NCBI GenBank assembly: GCA_034003725.1
Contig: JAVEYB010000010.1
Coordinates: forward strand, 44,654-108,653
From: Candidatus Zixiibacteriota bacterium
GTDB taxonomy: Bacteria; Zixibacteria; MSB-5A5; GN15; FEB-12
Direction of reading: 5' to 3'
DNA: 64,000 nt
In this document: positions 19,840 through 28,413 of the stretch, piece by piece
Layout: each line of letters starts with the position of its first letter
Position numbering within the stretch: position 1 is the stretch's first letter
The notes under the pieces: model-generated
What the model was told of the DNA's origin: nothing
Seen by the model: only the letters and a program-made list of their open reading frames with translations
Databases searched by the model: none
Position numbers and translations under genes: made by a program

Positions 19840-20532
19840 GTGACTGACACGAGGTATTTGCTGCTTCTCTCTGTAGCTCTTGCCGTGATTATAGCTGCAT
19901 GCGCCGGTCGCGGCAAGCCCGTAGCAACAGTCTCCAATGACCGTTTTACCGTAACAGCTTTCGAACCGCGCAGCGTTGCAACCGTCCCGGATGTGCTCAA
20001 TGTGGAGGTAACCAGGCCGATGTCGAAAAGGGTGCTTCAACAAATAGGTACCCGGCCGGCATTTGTTCTGCGGCTTGACGAGGACGGGACACTGTTTATC
20101 AGAACGTACTATGAGATCGACAATCGCACACCGGAGTACTTTGTTGCCCATCTCCCCAGCTGGTCAGGGGAGACCTATGTTGCAAACTCAAACTATCCCT
20201 GTCCGAGGAAAGAGATGCTAGATTCGGTCGCCATCCCTGATGGCTACGCCACGCTGTGGTCGTTGAACTGCGACCCAGAAATAGTTTTTCTTCGCGCCTC
20301 GCGATTGCAGCGTGAGTCTGACTGGCGCGACTCACAATGGTATGGGATCAGGGCGCATTTCGTAGACGCGAGGGATGCGAGATTTGTCCGCCAAGACTCT
20401 ACGGGTCTGAGCATGCGAGTCGACTGGAACGGGGCGTCCAGTTCATCGATGTATAAGTTTGACTTAGATACATTAGACTTCCTACCCGAAGTCCTCGCGG
20501 GGAGCGGAACGGAGACGATGTATGGCCAGTGA
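19840..20532 (+). CDS. Putative lipoprotein (unknown function), translationally coupled to the upstream gene
   Basis: The GTG at 19840 directly abuts the TAA at 19837..19839. The N-terminus MTDTRYLLLLSVALAVIIAAC has a lipobox-like IAAC. Confidence 0.6.
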   Translation: MTDTRYLLLLSVALAVIIAACAGRGKPVATVSNDRFTVTAFEPRSVATVPDVLNVEVTRPMSKRVLQQIGTRPAFVLRLDEDGTLFIRTYYEIDNRTPEYFVAHLPSWSGETYVANSNYPCPRKEMLDSVAIPDGYATLWSLNCDPEIVFLRASRLQRESDWRDSQWYGIRAHFVDARDARFVRQDSTGLSMRVDWNGASSSSMYKFDLDTLDFLPEVLAGSGTETMYGQ

Positions 20533-21192
20533 ATCCAAACTTGCTTGCACCATCTTGCTTGTTGTTTTTGCCGCCTTGTCCAGTGCGACACATGCAAATG
20601 ACTGGCCAATGTACCAGTGTGATGCGCAGAACACCGGCTACAATCCGGGGTCAACCATCCAGCCCCCACTGGAGATGGCTTGGAGTAAGTAGCTGTACCA
20701 CTTGCAGCTTCATCCTGTTACCGTCTACGACGGATACGCAATGGTGACCAACGCCCTGAGTTGGAACGACTCCACGAATCTCGCCGTGTGTTTGAACGCG
20801 CGCACCGGTGCGCTGCTCTGGGCGGACACGATAACTGCGGAGGCCTACTCTCTCGGGCAAGCTGCGGCTGGATATGGTTTGTGGTACGTCCAGGTAGCCA
20901 ATCACGCCGGCTCCTGGGTCGCGGCATATGACATTGAGACCGGGAATCTGGCCTGGGTCGACCCTGTGCGGACGCAGGGAAGATGGCCAGTTGGACCGAC
21001 TCTGTACAAAGATCGATTGGTGTATTTAAGCGGCCTAACGGAGGCTGCGAAGCTACTGATGCTCTGACCGGAGAGTCACAGTGGTTTGTCTTTCTGACCG
21101 AAATCTGGAGCTGGGCCGGTTGGTTCACCCAACCGGCCTTGATCATATTCTATAGCTGCACTGTTACAGGATCGCTTCGAATGCTTTCTTGA
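20522..21192 (+). pseudogene. Decayed PQQ-like beta-propeller (BamB-like repeat) gene: in-frame TAG, frameshift, truncated
   Basis: The ATG at 20522 overlaps the upstream stop. It encodes MASESKLACTILLVVFAALSSATHANDWPMYQCDAQNTGYNPG...EMAWSK, then a TAG at 20690..20692. The same frame continues LYHLQLHPVTVYDGYAMV...CLNARTGALLWAD...AAYDIETGNLAWV to 21067. A further propeller-like piece (ATDALTGESQWFV) continues in another frame to 21192, overlapping the 3' end of the convergent thioredoxin-like gene. Confidence 0.6.
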
Positions 21193-21739
21193 ACTCCTCG
21201 TAGCTTCGCGGTCCGAGGAACTGGGCCACGACATTGCCGTTTTTGTCGAGGAAAAACGTGGTCGGGACGCCGGTGCCTTTGTAATTGGCGAAGGTATCGC
21301 GGTCGGCCATGAGCATCTGCCACTGCATATCGTTTTCGAGGGCGAACTTCCGCACGGTTTCGGGGTTGTCTTTCCAGTCCAGCGCCAGCCCGAGAATCTC
21401 GACGCCTTTGTCTCGATACTCGCTGTAGAGTTGTTTGAAGGCCGGGATCTCGTGGCGGCAGGGCGGACACCAGGTACCCCAGAAATTGAGGACCACCGGT
21501 TGTTTGCCGACCCATTCGGAGGACTGGCGGAGGGTGCCACGGAGATCGTAGGCGGCAAACGCCGGCACCGACTGCGAGGCGGATTGGCCGGCGGTCGCGG
21601 CGACCGCGCCGGACTGATTCGCGGCCTGTGATGAGTTCTGGTTATCGCCGCTGCACGAGTATACGGTTAATGCGGCCATTAGCAGTGCGACAGCGTGAAC
21701 GGACTTTCTGAGCATGAATCGGATCCTTGTCATTCCCAA
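21164..21739 (-). CDS. TlpA/ResA-like thiol:disulfide oxidoreductase (thioredoxin fold), exported
   Basis: Signal peptide or lipoprotein-like N-terminus. Active site FWGTWCPPCRHEIP. Confidence 0.85.
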   Translation of the reverse strand: MGMTRIRFMLRKSVHAVALLMAALTVYSCSGDNQNSSQAANQSGAVAATAGQSASQSVPAFAAYDLRGTLRQSSEWVGKQPVVLNFWGTWCPPCRHEIPAFKQLYSEYRDKGVEILGLALDWKDNPETVRKFALENDMQWQMLMADRDTFANYKGTGVPTTFFLDKNGNVVAQFLGPRSYEEFKKAFEAIL

Positions 21740-21757
21740 TGGCGTGCGACGACGGGC

Positions 21758-22285
21758 TTACTTGCCGTCGCCCTGTTTCTTTGCGTCAACTTCATACTGT
21801 CTCGTGGAGACATAGTCGAGAGCCTGAATAAACCGTTCGGCGGGCTGGTAACCCGGAAGCGGACCGATCCGCTGTCCTTCGGGCGAGATGAACCAGAACG
21901 CGGGGTAACCGCGGACGTTGAATTCCGAAACGGCGAGTTGTTTCTGCGAGATTTTGTAGCCCTCGATCTCCAGCATATCATCGGAGTCGCCCCAGACCTT
22001 CACCGGGACGAACTTCTCGTTTATCCTCGCCACGACGGCGGAGTCTTTGAAGGTCTCCTTATCCATTTTTTTGCACCAACTGCACCATGAGGCGGTGAAG
22101 TCGACCAGGACGTGTTTGGACTCCTGTTTGGCTTTGACGAGACCGTCGGGGAAGCTGAGCCAGACGATCGAGTCGGCTTTAGCCGAATCAGCTTTCTTAC
22201 TTTCCGCCTTGTCCTGGGCCACAGCGGGCAGGGCGAGCGCTGCAAGTATCAGGGCGCTGCCCAGAATGCGGGGCCATCTGTTCAT
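21758..22285 (-). CDS. Thioredoxin-fold protein (Thioredoxin_7/DUF255-like), exported
   Basis: Signal peptide MNRWPRILGSALILAALALPAVA. Motif VDFTASWCSWCKKMDKETF. The ATG at 22285 has GGTGGAG upstream; the ORF track starts at 22300. Confidence 0.8.
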   Translation of the reverse strand: MNRWPRILGSALILAALALPAVAQDKAESKKADSAKADSIVWLSFPDGLVKAKQESKHVLVDFTASWCSWCKKMDKETFKDSAVVARINEKFVPVKVWGDSDDMLEIEGYKISQKQLAVSEFNVRGYPAFWFISPEGQRIGPLPGYQPAERFIQALDYVSTRQYEVDAKKQGDGK

Positions 22286-22362
22286 ACGAAACTCCACCAT
22301 TGGTAGTCCTCTTCGTGCATTACCTATTAGACGGAATTACACAGAAATCGCTTCGCACAAAA

Positions 22363-25300
22363 TCACGATTCCCGGCCGGAGAGCGGCCGAAGGTAAGCCG
22401 CGGAATCACCTAACATCTCCTTGAGTCGGTTGACGAGCTCGAAATCCGCCCGAACGGAATATTTGTTCGATCGAATGTACACTTCAGAACCGTTTTCACG
22501 GGCGGCCAGAAGCACCGGGGAGTTGCCCCGGTAGTCTTCGAGCGAAGCTAACGCCTTATCTATCATAGATTCGGGACAATCCGGCTCGACCTTTATAACG
22601 AGTTGACAATTAAATCGTTCCGCGAGGTTCTGCAGCGGGAGGACCTCGCTGACAATGATCTTGGGGGCCTCTCCCTCACGGGTCGAAACTCGTCCGGTGG
22701 CCAGGATGATCTGATCTATTTCGATGTGCTCCTTCACGTTATCAAAGACTTTGGAGAACAGAAGCAGGCCCACTTGTCCGGTGAAATCCTGAATGGTGGC
22801 GAACGCCATCATATTGCCCTTCTTGTCGGGCATCTTTCTGACCTCGACAACAATGCCGCCGGCAGTCACCTCTCGTCCGTCGGCGACCGCCGCGAGCGAT
22901 TGATTGGTGGCGGTGGTGAAACAGGACAGTTCGTCGCGGAACTTGTCGAGGGGGTGACCGGAGACGTAGAACCCGAGCATATCGCGCTCGCGGTTGAGCA
23001 ATTCGGTGGTAGACCATTCGGCGATATCGGGGAGTTTGGGGGCGACGCGGGCAACCTCGCCGCCGGCGGCGGCGAAGAGATCGTGGGTGCTTTGCTGGGC
23101 GAAAACGCGGTGCCCGTACTCGAGCATGGTTTCGACAGCGGCCAGTTTCTGAGCCCGGCCGCCGCCCAGTGAATCACACGCGCCGGCCGCGATTAACGAC
23201 TCCAGCGTGCGGCGGTTCATCATCCGAGGCGGTATGCGGCCGATGAGCCCGTCGAGCCCGACAAACGGGCCGTTTTTCTCTCGTTCTTCGACAATCGCAC
23301 GGGCCGGACCCTCGCCGACATTTTTCACCGCCAGCAGGCCGAACCTGATGGTACCGTCGACTACGTTGAAATCTATCATGGATTCGTTTACATCGGGCGG
23401 CAGAACGGTGATGGCGAGCCGTCGGCATTCCTCGAGGAAGATATTGATGCGGTCCGAGTCGGTTATTTCGGAGGTCATCAGCGCGGCCATGAACTCTTTC
23501 GGGTAGTGCACCTTGAGCCACGCGGTCTGGTAGGCGACGTACGCATAGCAGGTGGAGTGCGCTTTGTTGAAGCCGTACCGGGCGAAGGTTTCGATCTGAT
23601 GGAAGATGTCCTCGGCGGTTTTCTGTTCGATGCCGTTTTTCGCCGAGCCTTCGATGAAGGTCTTCTTCTGTTCGGCCATGAGGGCGGCGATTTTCTTGCC
23701 CATCGCCTTGCGCAGGAGGTCGGCGCCGCCGAGCGAATAACCGGCCATCTTGTTGGCAATCTGGAGCACCTGTTCCTGGAAGACGATCACGCCGTAGGTG
23801 CTGCCGAGGATCTTCTCCAGAATCGGGTGCAGGAAATGGACTTTCTCTTCGCCTTTCTTGCAGCTGATATAGGTGTCAATCATGCCGGAATCCAGCGGAC
23901 CCGGCCGATACAGAGCGTTCATGACGGTGAGGTCGGTGAAGGTGGTCGGCTCGAGTTTGCGGAGGTATTCGCGCATGCCGGGGGATTCAAACTGGAAGAT
24001 GCCGATCGTCTCGCCGCGCGCGAAAAGTTTGTAGACTTTGGGATCGTCGAGCCCGATGGCATCGAGATCGATTTCCGTACCGGTGTTTTCGCGGATCATG
24101 CGCAGGGCGTCATCGATAACGGTGAGCGTGCGCAGTCCGAGGAAGTCCATTTTGAGCAGGCCGATTTCTTCGACCATCTTCATATCGTACTGGGTCGTGA
24201 TTTCGTCCTTGGACCCTTTGAAAAGCGGCACGTAGTTGGTGAGGGCCGACGGCGCGATCACCACGCCGGCGGCGTGGGTCGAGCAATGTCGCGCGAGACC
24301 TTCGAGCGTGCGGGAGTACCGCAGCAGCCGTTCGACACGCGGGTCGGCCTTGGCCAGATCGGACAACTCGGTTACCTGTGCGATGGCTTTTTCGAGATTC
24401 ATGTCGGGGGCCATGGGGATCATCTTGGCGATTTTGTCCACCTCGCCATAGGGGATGCCGAGCACCCGGCCGACATCGCGCACCACCGCCCGGGCCGCCA
24501 TGGTTCCGAAGGTGATAATCTGGCAGACGTTATCTTTGCCGTACTTGTCGATGACGTACTTGATGATTTTGTCGCGGCCGCGATCGGCGAAGTCGATATC
24601 GATATCCGGCATGGAAATACGTTCGGGATTCAAAAAGCGCTCGAACAGCAGTTCAAATGCGATTGGATCGACATTGGTGATGCCGAGGGCGTAGGAGACC
24701 AGCGATCCGGCGGCGGAGCCGCGCCCCGGGCCGACCGGTATTTTCTGGGAGCGGGCGTAGTCGCAAAAATCCTTTACGATCAGGAAGTAACCCGCATAGC
24801 CCATCTGTTTGATCACGCCAAGCTCGTATTCGAGGCGCTGGGTAATTTCGTCGGTAATCTCCGTGTATCGTTCGGTGAGGCCGCGTTCGCAGAGATGGCG
24901 AAGGTATGTGTCCGGGTCGACAAATGACGTCGGAATCGGGAAAACCGGGAGTTTCAGTTTTCCCATTTCGATTTCGACGTTGCATTCTTCGGCGATCCGA
25001 ATCGTATTTTCCATCGCGGGCTTGAAGTCGCCAAACACCTTCTCCATTTCCTCTTCGGATTTGAAATAAATCTGGTCGGTGTTGTAGCGCATGCGCTTCT
25101 CGTCATCGATCTGCTTGCCGGTCTGAATGCACAGCAGGGCGTCGTGCGCTTCGTAGTCCTCGCGGCGGAGATAATGACAGTCATTGGTGACGACCAGTGG
25201 AATGCCGGTCTCGCGGGAGATCAAATCCATTTTCGGGATGGCCTCCGTCTCCTGGGGCAGGCCGTGATTCTGGATTTCCAGGTAGAAGTTGCCGGGGCCG

Positions 25301-25809
25301 AAGATATCGGCAAGCTCGCGGGCGGAGGCGACCGCCATGTCGGCTTTTCCCTGCTGGAGGTACCAGTTGACCTCGCCCTTGAGGCAGGCCGAGGTGCCGA
25401 TAAGCCCTTCGGCGTGCTGGCGCAGGACGCTTTTGTCGATTCGCGGGCGATGGTAGAAACCGTCGAGATAGGCAGTCGAGCACAGCTTCATCAGGTTTTG
25501 ATAGCCGACGTTGTTTTTGGCGAGCAGGATCAGATGGAACCCGCCGTCGGGGAACTCGCTGGACGGTTTTTTGTCAAACCGGGTGGTGCCGGCGCAGTAG
25601 GCCTCGACTCCGATAATCGGTTTGATCCCGGCTTTGGTGGCTTTTTTGTAAAACTCGACCGCGCCGAACATGTTGCCGTGGTCGGTGATCGCGAGCGCGG
25701 GCATGTTGAGTTCTTTGGCGCGTTCGATGACTTCATCGAGCCGACAGGCGCCATCGAGCAGCGAATACTGGCTGTGAGTATGGAGGTGAACGAAGTTGGC
25801 GAATCTCAT
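22363..25809 (-). CDS. dnaE: DNA polymerase III alpha subunit
   Basis: PHP domain start MRFANFVHLHTHSQYSLLDGA. Polymerase core (GRGSAAGSLVSYALGITNVDP, FERFLNPERISMPDIDIDF). 1148 aa. Confidence 0.97.
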   Translation of the reverse strand: MRFANFVHLHTHSQYSLLDGACRLDEVIERAKELNMPALAITDHGNMFGAVEFYKKATKAGIKPIIGVEAYCAGTTRFDKKPSSEFPDGGFHLILLAKNNVGYQNLMKLCSTAYLDGFYHRPRIDKSVLRQHAEGLIGTSACLKGEVNWYLQQGKADMAVASARELADIFGPGNFYLEIQNHGLPQETEAIPKMDLISRETGIPLVVTNDCHYLRREDYEAHDALLCIQTGKQIDDEKRMRYNTDQIYFKSEEEMEKVFGDFKPAMENTIRIAEECNVEIEMGKLKLPVFPIPTSFVDPDTYLRHLCERGLTERYTEITDEITQRLEYELGVIKQMGYAGYFLIVKDFCDYARSQKIPVGPGRGSAAGSLVSYALGITNVDPIAFELLFERFLNPERISMPDIDIDFADRGRDKIIKYVIDKYGKDNVCQIITFGTMAARAVVRDVGRVLGIPYGEVDKIAKMIPMAPDMNLEKAIAQVTELSDLAKADPRVERLLRYSRTLEGLARHCSTHAAGVVIAPSALTNYVPLFKGSKDEITTQYDMKMVEEIGLLKMDFLGLRTLTVIDDALRMIRENTGTEIDLDAIGLDDPKVYKLFARGETIGIFQFESPGMREYLRKLEPTTFTDLTVMNALYRPGPLDSGMIDTYISCKKGEEKVHFLHPILEKILGSTYGVIVFQEQVLQIANKMAGYSLGGADLLRKAMGKKIAALMAEQKKTFIEGSAKNGIEQKTAEDIFHQIETFARYGFNKAHSTCYAYVAYQTAWLKVHYPKEFMAALMTSEITDSDRINIFLEECRRLAITVLPPDVNESMIDFNVVDGTIRFGLLAVKNVGEGPARAIVEEREKNGPFVGLDGLIGRIPPRMMNRRTLESLIAAGACDSLGGGRAQKLAAVETMLEYGHRVFAQQSTHDLFAAAGGEVARVAPKLPDIAEWSTTELLNRERDMLGFYVSGHPLDKFRDELSCFTTATNQSLAAVADGREVTAGGIVVEVRKMPDKKGNMMAFATIQDFTGQVGLLLFSKVFDNVKEHIEIDQIILATGRVSTREGEAPKIIVSEVLPLQNLAERFNCQLVIKVEPDCPESMIDKALASLEDYRGNSPVLLAARENGSEVYIRSNKYSVRADFELVNRLKEMLGDSAAYLRPLSGRES

Positions 25810-26017
25810 GGCTGTACAAGTGCGCGGTTACGGGTTCAATTCGAACTCTAGATATCAAGATTGGTGCGGATCAGCAATGACTTTTTCGTCGGCGCGATAA
25901 TATTGCTCCAGTGTATTGCGCAACAAGGCGTTGGTTGTGTGGATATGTGGGTGCCGCTTCAGTCTGTGTGGTTCGAACCGGCAGGAGCAGCTTAATCACG
26001 GCAGTGGCACCATTCGA

Positions 26018-26076
26018 TGCACGGGCTGCGTGGTGCACGGGGACGTACACCACGCACGGTAAGAAAACGGCGGGTT
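26018..26076. repeat. REP-like mosaic (hairpin gcgtggtgcacggggacgtacaccacgcac plus ggcgggttcgaagacgga)
   Basis: These are the same modules found in DR1/DR2 (17249..17279, 18090..18120). Confidence 0.8.
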
Positions 26077-26092
26077 CGAAGACGGAATTGCC

Positions 26093-26572
26093 TCAGAGCC
26101 ACATCTCAAACTCAACCTCGTCGCGTATGGGGATGCCGTACATGCCGATTGTCGGGATTTCCGGTTTGAGCTTCCGTGAATGTTCAAGCGCGTTGACATG
26201 GACGGCGGCGATTGTAAAGCCCCGCTTCTGGTAAAACCGGATAGCATCGACATTGTCATTGGTCGTAATCAGCCACAGGCGCCTGCAGCCGGCTTGTCGG
26301 GCGACTTCCGGCATCAGCGCCATCAGCCTCGTCCCTATCCCCGCCCACTGCATGCGGGCATCAAGCGTCACTACCTCGCACTGATCGCCGACTATCTCAT
26401 ACGTCACCAGCCCGACCAGTGCGCGCTCCGAGTCGAACGCAGCAAATCCTTCCAGCTCCCCCGGCCAGAGTTTGCGTCCGCGCGAGATGATATACGGCGC
26501 GGGCCAGGTGGCGATCCAGTCTTTGACGATTTGCCGGTTGCTTGAGTGGATTAGTTCTATCGTGATTTCCAT
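26093..26572 (-). CDS. GNAT-family N-acetyltransferase
   Basis: MEITIELIHSS...VVTLDARMQWAGIGTRLMALMPEVARQAGCRRLWLITTNDNVDAIRFYQKRGF. The start is moved to the ATG at 26572, because the ORF-track extension translates palindromic repeat DNA. Confidence 0.85.
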   Translation of the reverse strand: MEITIELIHSSNRQIVKDWIATWPAPYIISRGRKLWPGELEGFAAFDSERALVGLVTYEIVGDQCEVVTLDARMQWAGIGTRLMALMPEVARQAGCRRLWLITTNDNVDAIRFYQKRGFTIAAVHVNALEHSRKLKPEIPTIGMYGIPIRDEVEFEMWL

Positions 26573-26611
26573 ATTGGGTCCATTCGAACATTGATGTTCC
26601 GTCGGGTGCCA

Positions 26612-26740
26612 GTCGCCCCGCCACGGCGGGGCGGCGACACTCGACCGCCGCTGTCGGATGTACCCCGCCATGGCGGGGAAGCATCCGACAGAACATACCT
26701 CGCAAGCGCTGTGCGTGGTGTACGTACTCGTGCACCACGC
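26612..26740. repeat. Cluster of nested REP-like palindromes
   Basis: Three elements: cgccccgcc-acg-gcggggcg; ctgtcggatg[taccccgccatggcggggaag]catccgacag (26651..26691); and gtgcgtggtgtacgtactcgtgcaccacgc (26711..26740). The last is the reverse-complement form of the 26018 hairpin. Confidence 0.8.
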
Positions 26741-26826
26741 GATCTATCGATTGGAGCGTCATTGTGATTGACACCCGACAAGCTATCCGTACCTTCTAGT
26801 CAGAAAATACACAGGGGAGTTTGCCG

Positions 26827-27309
26827 ATGTCAATGACCGACCGCCGGTTCCTTCGCCATACAATCGCGACCCTCGCCTACCGGGCATCGAAAACCATGCG
26901 CGATGCGCCGGAGTCGTTTGCGCATTTCAAGGCCGACCCGGGATCAAACACGCCGCTGGTGATCGTGGCGCACATGGCGGATTTGTACGAGTGGGCGTAT
27001 ACCATGACACGGGGTGCTGCCAAGTGGCATGACACGCCGCCGACCGACTGGGAGACTGAGTGTGCGAGGTTTTTCACGGCGCTCGAAGCGGTTGACCGAG
27101 TGCTTGCATCGGATGATTCGATTGATTTTGAGTTGACCCGTATTTTCTCAGGTCCGGTGGCCGATGCGCTTACGCACACGGGGCAGCTTGCCATGATACG
27201 GCGTATGGCGGGCTGTCCGATGAAGGGTGAGAACTACAGCAAGGCATCGATTGAGATCGGGCGGGTGGGCGCGGACCAGATACCGCCGGATGCGAAGAAT
27301 GAGTTTTGA
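26827..27309 (+). CDS. DinB-superfamily (DinB_2-like) four-helix-bundle protein
   Basis: His-containing helices are spaced as in DinB/YfiT-like proteins: LVIVAHMADLYEW ... PVADALTHTGQLAMIRRMAG. The ATG at 26827 has GGGGAG 8 nt upstream. Confidence 0.6.
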   Translation: MSMTDRRFLRHTIATLAYRASKTMRDAPESFAHFKADPGSNTPLVIVAHMADLYEWAYTMTRGAAKWHDTPPTDWETECARFFTALEAVDRVLASDDSIDFELTRIFSGPVADALTHTGQLAMIRRMAGCPMKGENYSKASIEIGRVGADQIPPDAKNEF

Positions 27310-27374
27310 AGGAGTCTTTAGGACGCATAAATTATTGGTCTGGGTGTTCAGCAATTGATAATTGGAGGGGGCTG

Positions 27375-28361
27375 ATGCGGAGATCTACTTTCATCATTGG
27401 CGCAGGGTTCACTCGCTCGGTATTTCCTGACGCGCCACTAAACGACGGATTCGTTGAAGCACTCGCATCCTGCAACGCCAATAGTGTCATTGCCCAGCTT
27501 TCCGAGCACTACCAAGAGAAGAACATCGAAATCCTCATGACCAAGCACTTTTTGGACATAATCACTGGCAAGGCTAATCTTGAGAACAACAGGAGAGCCG
27601 AATATGAGATCGCGAACTTCTGTCAACGCTTTAGATTCACTTCGGACCTTTCAGAAAACACGGCGTGGTTGACGACATTCGCAAAATCTGCCTTTTCGCC
27701 GGAAGATGCGATAGTAACCTTGAACTACGACTGCTTTCTTGAAGGCCTCCTTGACCACCTCGGGGTGTGGGACCCCAAGAGTGGATACGGCGGAATTGTC
27801 AATCCCATTGTGGAGAAAGATGCCGAAGGCAGCTCGGATATTCAGATTCTAAAAGTACATGGTTCCGAAAACTTCACCTACAAACAGATGATGGACAAGC
27901 CAGAGTTCGGAGCGGTGACTCTGGAGTTTGACGGACGTGTTTTGCCGCGGTCAGCTTCAAATCAGCACTTCGGGTCGAGATCCCTTCTCCCAGGGTTGGG
28001 CTCTCACCCGGACGGGGCACGACCTTACATCATTCTACCCGGTTTCGTTAAGATCTCGGGGCCAGAGATAAACAACACTATGCTGCTTGCATTGGAGCGC
28101 GCGATGGGGTCCCGCTACCTTATCGTGCTTGGATGCGGACTTCGCCAGGAAGATACTTTTCTTTGGCTTCTCTTGACTGCCTTTCTCTACAGAAACCGCA
28201 TCGTGGATCGCCGCATCGTAATCCTCAGTCCTGACGCCAAAGAAATTGCAGAGAGAGTCCGGAGATACTTCGGTAGTTCGCTCGACGATTACCTAGTCCC
28301 GATACCTTCGACTCTCGAAGAAGGGTGGTCCAGATTGGTAGAACGGACCACCGACGACTGA
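27375..28361 (+). CDS. SIR2_2-like (DHS-like NAD-binding, NADase-type) protein, short stand-alone form
   Basis: Ordered motifs: TFIIGAGFTRS, DAIVTLNYDCFLEGLL (27718..27741), IQILKVHGSENF (27852..27866), YLIVLGCGLRQED. The ATG at 27375 is preceded by GGAGGGGG. The ORF-track TTG start at 27306 overlaps the DinB-like stop. Confidence 0.7.
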   Translation: MRRSTFIIGAGFTRSVFPDAPLNDGFVEALASCNANSVIAQLSEHYQEKNIEILMTKHFLDIITGKANLENNRRAEYEIANFCQRFRFTSDLSENTAWLTTFAKSAFSPEDAIVTLNYDCFLEGLLDHLGVWDPKSGYGGIVNPIVEKDAEGSSDIQILKVHGSENFTYKQMMDKPEFGAVTLEFDGRVLPRSASNQHFGSRSLLPGLGSHPDGARPYIILPGFVKISGPEINNTMLLALERAMGSRYLIVLGCGLRQEDTFLWLLLTAFLYRNRIVDRRIVILSPDAKEIAERVRRYFGSSLDDYLVPIPSTLEEGWSRLVERTTDD

Positions 28362-28413
28362 GTAATCCCCAACGGCCACCGAATGTCGGAACCACAGAAG
28401 TTTGGACCTACAA

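Noticed and set aside
20690-20692. In-frame TAG in the PQQ-propeller gene as pyrrolysine or programmed read-through.
   Set aside because: TAG is used as an ordinary stop elsewhere in the window (for example acyl-CoA dehydrogenase, yceD, atpA). The same gene also carries a frameshift and is truncated. Decay is the simpler explanation.
25812-25845. Partial resemblance (ctgtacaag…ggttacggg) to the dispersed GTACAAG…GTTACGGGG element just upstream of the dnaE start.
   Set aside because: Spacing between the two half-motifs is 5 nt instead of ~13-15, and the conserved AAATAGGTTCGTTTTGTC core is absent. This is probably chance.
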